Of a stretch of 12,795 nucleotides of DNA, positions 7,464 through 12,795 are shown piece by piece (positions within the stretch are counted from its first letter, which is position 1; every line of letters starts with the position of its first letter). Below the pieces are notes generated by a model. It was given only the letters and a program-made list of their open reading frames with translations. It was not told where the DNA came from and ran no database searches. A program made the position numbers and the translations under genes. This stretch comes from Candidatus Acetothermia bacterium (GTDB lineage: Bacteria > Bipolaricaulota > Bipolaricaulia > M55B111): assembly GCA_046543235.1 (NCBI GenBank), contig JBKGZT010000037.1:1-12795 (forward strand), given 5' to 3'.

Positions 7464-9065
7464 ATGAAAGACCGACCATCCGTTGCGTATTTCTGCATGG
7501 AATACGGGCTTGCGGAAGAGATGAAGATCTACGCCGGCGGTCTCGGTATCCTGGCCGGAGATATCCTAAAATCAGCCCGACAGTACGATTACCCGATTCG
7601 GGGAATAGGAATTCTCTGGCGTCAGGGCTATACGAAGCAGACGATAAACGAAAAGGGTCGACCGGTCGACAGCTATCCTAGAAACGACTACATCTACGAT
7701 TACCTGGAAGACACCGGGATAAAGGTATCCGTAACCATTCGGGAAGAAGACGTAAGCTGTAAAGTCTGGAAGCTCGATAAGTACGGAAACGCTCCGCTCT
7801 ACCTGCTCGACACCAACCTCGAGGAAAATTCTAACAAGTGGATAACCGGCCAGCTCTACGGCTGGTTTGAGGAGGAGAGGATCGCACAGGAGATCGTCCT
7901 TGGTATAGGTGGAGTAAAGGCGTTGAGAAAGCTAGATTTCGAGCCCGATATATATCACTTCAACGAAGGCCATGCCGTCCTCGCGGGGACGGAGCTTATC
8001 AGGGAAAAAATCGAAGCCGGCCTCGGGTTCGAAGATGCGTACGATAAAACAAGGGAGGAGATTGTCTTTACTACCCACACGCCCGTCGAGCAGGGAAACG
8101 AAGAACATGGCTTCCGGACCATGAAGTACATGAACGCCTTTAACGGGCTGGCCGAATCGGAAATGAAGAGAATCGGCGGGAAACCCTTCAACATGACGGC
8201 AGCGGGCTTACGACTGGCTAAGGCGGCCAACGGGGTCTCCCAGCTCCACAAGGAAACGGCCAGAGAAATGTGGGACCACGTTGACGAGAGTCCTGAAATT
8301 CAGGGGATAACCAACGGGATTCACCGCGATACCTGGGTCGATTCGGAGATATCGGGGGCGGACGGAAAGGAAGAAATCTGGATGAGACACATGCAGCTCA
8401 AGAGTGATCTGATCGACTACGTCGAGGATAAGTCCGGAGTAAGGCTAGACGAGGACAAAATGATTATCGGCTTTGCCCGAAGGGCTGCCCCCTACAAACG
8501 GGCGGACCTAATATTTTCGGACGAGGAGAAAATATCCCCCTACCTGGAAAGCGGCGATATCCAGATCGTGTTTTCCGGCAAAGCCCATCCGCTCGACGAT
8601 ACAGGCAAAGCGATTATTAACGAACTCGTAGAAAAGGCCGAGCAATATCCTGAGAGCGTGGTCTTCCTCGAGGACTACGGGATCGAAATCGGGAGGAAGC
8701 TGACGCGTGGTTCCGACGTCTGGCTTAACAACCCTAGGAAGCCGCTGGAAGCCAGTGGTACCTCGGGAATGAAGGCCGCCATGAACGGAGTCTTGAACGT
8801 AAGCATACTTGACGGCTGGTGGCCGGAAGCCTGCGAACACGGCGTTAATGGCTGGCAGTTCGGGGATGGTTACGAAGGTGAAGACCAGGACGAGCACGAC
8901 AGGGAGGCGCTGTACGACGTTCTCCTTAATGAAGTTATACCAACCTACTACGAGGACAGGGGAAAGTGGAAGGAGATGATGGTAGAAAGCACGGAGAGCA
9001 CCTACCGGAAGTTCTCCGCGAAAAACATGCTGGAGGACTACTACGAGAGGATGTACGAAAAATAG
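7464..9065 (+). CDS. glgP: Alpha-glucan (maltodextrin/glycogen) phosphorylase, GT35, short form
   Basis: Motifs VAYFCMEYG, YAGGLGILAGD, HFNEGH, FTTHTP, ITNGIH, GFARR and GKAHP, plus the PLP-lysine motif EASGTSGMKAAMNG (Lys codon 8772-8774). SD AAGGAG at 7450-7455. Confidence 0.95.
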   Translation: MKDRPSVAYFCMEYGLAEEMKIYAGGLGILAGDILKSARQYDYPIRGIGILWRQGYTKQTINEKGRPVDSYPRNDYIYDYLEDTGIKVSVTIREEDVSCKVWKLDKYGNAPLYLLDTNLEENSNKWITGQLYGWFEEERIAQEIVLGIGGVKALRKLDFEPDIYHFNEGHAVLAGTELIREKIEAGLGFEDAYDKTREEIVFTTHTPVEQGNEEHGFRTMKYMNAFNGLAESEMKRIGGKPFNMTAAGLRLAKAANGVSQLHKETAREMWDHVDESPEIQGITNGIHRDTWVDSEISGADGKEEIWMRHMQLKSDLIDYVEDKSGVRLDEDKMIIGFARRAAPYKRADLIFSDEEKISPYLESGDIQIVFSGKAHPLDDTGKAIINELVEKAEQYPESVVFLEDYGIEIGRKLTRGSDVWLNNPRKPLEASGTSGMKAAMNGVLNVSILDGWWPEACEHGVNGWQFGDGYEGEDQDEHDREALYDVLLNEVIPTYYEDRGKWKEMMVESTESTYRKFSAKNMLEDYYERMYEK

Positions 9066-9084
9066 CCATAAGGTGGAAACCTAC

Positions 9085-10524
9085 ATGGGAAAACCGGATG
9101 ACAAGCTAAAGCATTTCGACGAAGCTGGTATCCGGAACCTCCGACCCCCTGACTGGGTAAGGGACACGGTATTTTACCAGATATTCCCGGATAGGTTTTA
9201 CAACGGCGATCCCTCCAACGACCCGGAGGACGCCGTGACGTGGGATGCTAACCCGACCCGTGATAACTTCTTCGGCGGAGACCTGGCCGGCGTTATGGAA
9301 AAACTGGATTACCTGGAAGAGCTGGGGGTCAACGGGATATATCTAAACCCGATATTTAAATCGCCCTCGAACCATAAGTACGATACCACGGATTACTACG
9401 AGATCGACCCGGCATTCGGCGATACTTCTCAACTAAAAGATCTCGTAAAGGCGGCCCATGAGAGAAACATCCGTGTAATTCTCGACGGCGTTTTTAACCA
9501 CTGCGGGGAAAACTTCCCTCAGTTCCAGGACCTCAAACAGAAGGGGCAGGAGTCGGAACACTGGAACTGGTTCGATGTCGACGATTTTCCCCCGAGAAAG
9601 GAACCGGAACCGAACTACCGATGCTGGGCAGGCGTACCAGAAATGCCGGAATTCGATCGGAGCAATCCTGATGTCAGACGGTTCCTGCTGGACGTAGCCA
9701 GGTACTGGATAGACGAGGCAGATATCGACGGATGGCGGCTGGATACCACCAACTACCTCGAACCGGGCTTCGTCAGATCCCTACGGATCGCTGCCCGGGA
9801 AGTAAAATCCGATGCTTACGTAATGGGAGAGGTCGTCGGCCCAGCGGCATCCTGGTTCAAATCGGGCTCTCTCGACGGAGTAATGAACTACGAGCTCTAT
9901 AAACTCTTGGTAGACCTCATTGCTAAAAGGCGTTATGGCCCTGAAGCCTTCCGACAGAGGCTATATTTCCTTCGCCGTTCCTATCCAGAATGGGCAAACT
10001 TTGCCAACTATAACCTACTCGGCAGCCACGACCGCCCGAGGTTTATGACTCTCTGTGAGGGGGACGTCGAAATATTCAAGCTTGGATATTTCCTCCTATT
10101 TGCTTTGCCGGGCGCTCCGGCGATCTACTACGGTGACGAAATCGGAATGGAGGGCGGAGACGATCCGGACTGCAGGCGGACTTTCCCATGGAAGGAAGAC
10201 ATCAGGAAGGAAGACCTCTTCTCTTTTTTTCAAGAACTGCTCAAACTCAGAGAAGAGCAGAGGCCGCTCAGGCGGGGGGAAGTTAAGGAAATTACTGCTC
10301 CCGCCCCGATATTTGCCCTGGTCAGGAAGACCGGAAGCGAGTTGGCTCTCGCTGCGGTAAATCCGAGCTCAAAATCGTGTAAGGCCGAAATAGCGTCAGA
10401 CCAGTTTCCGACAGCGGACAACCCGGAGACCCTGTTTGGACAGGGTTCCTGTTCATTCAGTTCCGGAGCGCTGAAGCTGGAGCTTCCCGGTTATGGTTTT
10501 TCCCTGCTGAAACTGGATGGCTAA
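9085..10524 (+). CDS. Cytoplasmic GH13 (cyclomaltodextrinase/maltodextrin glucosidase-like) lacking the N-terminal domain
   Basis: Motifs PDWVRDTVFYQIFPDRF, GGDLAG, SNHKYDT, DGVFNH, DGWRLD, MGE, GSHD, YYGDE and DPDCRR, with no signal peptide. ATG 9085 lies 8 nt after SD-like TAAGGTGG (9069-9076), so it is preferred over GTG 9073. Confidence 0.9.
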   Translation: MGKPDDKLKHFDEAGIRNLRPPDWVRDTVFYQIFPDRFYNGDPSNDPEDAVTWDANPTRDNFFGGDLAGVMEKLDYLEELGVNGIYLNPIFKSPSNHKYDTTDYYEIDPAFGDTSQLKDLVKAAHERNIRVILDGVFNHCGENFPQFQDLKQKGQESEHWNWFDVDDFPPRKEPEPNYRCWAGVPEMPEFDRSNPDVRRFLLDVARYWIDEADIDGWRLDTTNYLEPGFVRSLRIAAREVKSDAYVMGEVVGPAASWFKSGSLDGVMNYELYKLLVDLIAKRRYGPEAFRQRLYFLRRSYPEWANFANYNLLGSHDRPRFMTLCEGDVEIFKLGYFLLFALPGAPAIYYGDEIGMEGGDDPDCRRTFPWKEDIRKEDLFSFFQELLKLREEQRPLRRGEVKEITAPAPIFALVRKTGSELALAAVNPSSKSCKAEIASDQFPTADNPETLFGQGSCSFSSGALKLELPGYGFSLLKLDG

Positions 10525-10560
10525 TACATTAGAATACTTTCCTGGTACTGGAGGGGGAAG

Positions 10561-10989
10561 ATGTCCGGGAACACGAAGAAGTTAAAAATATATACCGACG
10601 GGGCTTCCCGGGGCAACCCCGGAGATGCCGCCTGGGCTTTCCTCATTCTGGATGAATCGGGAGACCCGATTGTCAAACGGTCCGGATACATAGGCCAAAC
10701 CACCAATAACCAGGCCGAGTATTATGCCGTAATACGGGCGTTACAACGGGCCCGTGAGTTTCCCTCCGAAAGAATACGGCTCCACTCGGACAGCCAGCTG
10801 CTGGTCAAACAGGTTACGGGCCAATGGAAGGTAAAGGACCCGGAACTGAAGCGCCTCCACGGACGGGTAAAAAGGGAGGCAAAGGGGGCTGCAAAAGTTA
10901 ATTTTGAACACGTTCCGAGGGACAACCGCTACGTAGCCCAGGCCGACCAGCTCTGTAACGACAGGCTGGACGAAATTCAGGATAAATAA
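10561..10989 (+). CDS. rnhA: Ribonuclease HI family protein (archaeal/actinobacterial-like RNase HI type)
   Basis: IYTDGASRGNPG, TNNQAEY, HSDSQLLVKQ and HVPR...ADQL supply the D-E-D-D acidic residues. SD GGAGGGG at 10550-10556. Confidence 0.9.
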   Translation: MSGNTKKLKIYTDGASRGNPGDAAWAFLILDESGDPIVKRSGYIGQTTNNQAEYYAVIRALQRAREFPSERIRLHSDSQLLVKQVTGQWKVKDPELKRLHGRVKREAKGAAKVNFEHVPRDNRYVAQADQLCNDRLDEIQDK

Positions 10990-11004
10990 TTTCACCCAAA
11001 GAGG

Positions 11005-11032
11005 TTTAAATCTCCCTCTACAATTATATAAT
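11005..11032 (+). promoter_or_regulatory. Putative promoter for hpt-tsaD
   Basis: Perfect TATAAT (11027-11032) with a weak -35 TTTAAA (11005-11010) and a 16-bp spacer, in an AT-rich intergenic gap. Confidence 0.5.
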
Positions 11033-11068
11033 TATTCTGTCAATTGGGGGTTAGTCGAGGCAGAGATC

Positions 11069-11656
11069 ATGAACAATCACGAGTACGACATTGAAACCGA
11101 CATCGACCGGGTTATCTACACGTCAGAGGAGATCCAGGAACGGGTGAAGCAACTGGCCCGGCAGGTCGACGAGTACCTGAGGTCCAAGGTAAGCCGAAAG
11201 GAGATATGGGAACGCCCCCCGATCGCGGTATGTATTCTCCGGGGTGCTTCCGTCTTCATGGCGGACTTGACCAGGTACATGGACGTGCCGATCGAGTTCG
11301 ACTTCATGTCCGTATCGACCTACGGCGACGCAACCGAGCCAGGCGAGGTAAGAGTGATAAAGGACCTGGACCGCTCCATAAACGGGAGGATAGTTATCGT
11401 CGTCGAGGACATAGTCGACACCGGGGAAACCCTTCACCACCTGCTGAACAGCTTCAGGACGCGTAACCCGAAGGCCGTCAAGGTTAGTGCCCTGCTGGAC
11501 AAAAGCAGCAGAAGGAAAAAGGACGTAGAGATAGACTTCAAAGGGTTCGAGCTGGAGGAGGACCTGTTCCTGGTGGGCTACGGCATGGATTACGCCGGAC
11601 GATACCGCAACCTTCCATTCATCGGTACGTTAAGAGAGGAGTTGACCGAACAATAA
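11069..11656 (+). CDS. hpt: Hypoxanthine(-guanine) phosphoribosyltransferase
   Basis: Motifs CILRGASVFMADL and DFMSVSTYG, the PRPP motif VVEDIVDTGETL, LLDK, and FLVGYGMDYAGRYRNLPFIG. Confidence 0.95.
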   Translation: MNNHEYDIETDIDRVIYTSEEIQERVKQLARQVDEYLRSKVSRKEIWERPPIAVCILRGASVFMADLTRYMDVPIEFDFMSVSTYGDATEPGEVRVIKDLDRSINGRIVIVVEDIVDTGETLHHLLNSFRTRNPKAVKVSALLDKSSRRKKDVEIDFKGFELEEDLFLVGYGMDYAGRYRNLPFIGTLREELTEQ

Positions 11657-12666
11657 GCTCTTTTTACACCCTTGGTCTGGAGTCTTCCTGTGACGAGACG
11701 GGCGTGGGGATTGTCGAAGGAACGGATCGGATACTGACCAACAAAATATACTCCCAGGCCGACCTGCACGAAAAATACGGCGGTGTCGTACCGGAAATTG
11801 CCTCCCGTAATCACCTGAAGAAGTTCCATCCGCTTATAGAGGAGGCACTGGCCGAGGCCGACCTCACGCTGGACGAGATAGACCTCGTGGGAGCAACCTA
11901 CGGACCCGGTCTGGTCGGCCCGCTGCTGGTGGGGCTTTCCCTCGGCAAGTCACTCGGGTACTCGCTTGACGTTCCTTTCTTGGGGGTAAACCACCTCGAA
12001 GGGCACGTATTCGCTCACTACAGTTCTAACCGCTCCTCGCCACCTTTCCTCGCCCTGCTCGTTTCGGGTGGTCATACAAGCCTCGTGCTCGTCGAGGACT
12101 GGGGAGACTATCGGGAGCTTGGCTCCACGCGGGACGACGCTGCGGGAGAGGCCTTCGACAAAGTTGGCCAGATGACCGGGCTCGGCTACCCCGCCGGACC
12201 AAAGATCGACGAGATGAGCCAGGAAGGAGACCCGTTAGTTTACGACTTCCCCCGGCCAATGGTCGAGGAGGGGCTGGACTTTTCCTTCGCCGGATTAAAG
12301 AGTTCTGTCGCCAGAAAAGTGGAGCTTTCCGAAGAAGACTACGACCTTCCCGACCTGCTGGCGTCCTTCCAGGAGGCAGTAGTAGAGACCCTGGTTACCA
12401 AGGCGGTAAGGGGAGCCAAAGAGGCGGGAGTCGAAAAGATATCCGTAATGGGCGGCGTCTCGGCTAATTCCCGACTTAGAGACAAAATGAACGAGGCCGC
12501 CGGTGAAAACGGGATGGTCGCGACTTTTCCGCCCTTCGAACTCTGCACCGACAACGGAGCGATGATCGCCGTCACGGCAGCCTACAGGCACCTGACCAAA
12601 GGGGAATCATCCCCGCTCGACCTCGGGCCCGAACCCTCTCTGAAGCTGGGTCGTGAGGGTACCTGA
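11653..12666 (+). CDS. tsaD: tRNA N6-threonylcarbamoyladenosine (t6A) biosynthesis protein TsaD (Kae1/YgjD family), probable ATA start
   Basis: Motifs YGGVVPEIASRNH, GPGL, HLEGH, LLVSGGHT, TRDDAAGEAFDK, FSFAGLKS, GGVSAN and CTDNGAMI. The conserved N-terminal LGLESSCDET is in frame at 11671-11700, upstream of the ORF-track start 11704. Gene identity is secure, while the start position is inferred. Confidence 0.93.
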   Translation: MSSFYTLGLESSCDETGVGIVEGTDRILTNKIYSQADLHEKYGGVVPEIASRNHLKKFHPLIEEALAEADLTLDEIDLVGATYGPGLVGPLLVGLSLGKSLGYSLDVPFLGVNHLEGHVFAHYSSNRSSPPFLALLVSGGHTSLVLVEDWGDYRELGSTRDDAAGEAFDKVGQMTGLGYPAGPKIDEMSQEGDPLVYDFPRPMVEEGLDFSFAGLKSSVARKVELSEEDYDLPDLLASFQEAVVETLVTKAVRGAKEAGVEKISVMGGVSANSRLRDKMNEAAGENGMVATFPPFELCTDNGAMIAVTAAYRHLTKGESSPLDLGPEPSLKLGREGT

Positions 12667-12669
12667 TCA

Positions 12670-12689
12670 CGTCTTTTCGGTTTAAGACG
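12670..12689 (+). other. Weak hairpin just after tsaD
   Basis: CGTCTT (12670-12675) pairs with AAGACG (12684-12689) around an 8-nt loop. There is no U-tract, so it is not a clear terminator. Confidence 0.25.
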
Positions 12690-12795
12690 CCCGTACCACA
12701 AAAGCCAAACCCGAGTCTCAATGATAGTGTAGGAACAGCTGTGTAAAATGAATTTATAGCTTTGGAAACCGTTCAGAAAAATCCCAACCGAGGCG

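Noticed and set aside
10561-10989. RNase H as part of a retron, retroelement or defence system
   Set aside because: No reverse transcriptase, integrase, repeats or ncRNA nearby, so it looks like a stand-alone housekeeping RNase HI.
11015-11043. Perfect TTGACA on the minus strand (11043-11038) as an antisense promoter
   Set aside because: The minus-strand TATAAT is only 9 bp away, and the hexamer at 17 bp is TAGAGG, a poor -10.
11704-11706. ORF-track start of tsaD, or tsaD as a truncated pseudogene
   Set aside because: The conserved LGLESSCDET motif is intact and in frame upstream, and the rest of the gene shows no decay.
12667-12795. Gene fragment, RNA gene or promoter at the right edge
   Set aside because: No recognisable protein or tRNA-like structure. 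ATGATA-17 bp-TAAAAT (12721-12749) might be a promoter but cannot be assessed without downstream sequence.

Overview
All ten genes in this window are on the + strand. Positions 1-10524 hold a bacterial starch/maltodextrin utilisation cluster. It begins with a sigma70-type promoter overlapped by a 29-bp palindromic operator and continues with a ROK-family repressor, a secreted multidomain GH13 (neopullulanase/cyclomaltodextrinase-like), MalE/MalF/MalG (no ATPase gene), a compact alpha-glucan phosphorylase and a second, cytoplasmic GH13 with unusual catalytic-region residues. Three housekeeping genes follow: RNase HI, hpt and tsaD. I see no mobile element, CRISPR array or RNA gene. The most notable observation is that tsaD has no ATG/GTG/TTG upstream of its conserved N-terminal motif and appears to start at an ATA codon overlapping the hpt stop (ATAA). 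Other points of interest are an orphan Shine-Dalgarno (SD) before malE, a hairpin separating malF from its best SD, an EF-hand-like loop in MalF, and very acidic exported proteins that suggest a halophilic diderm host (inference).
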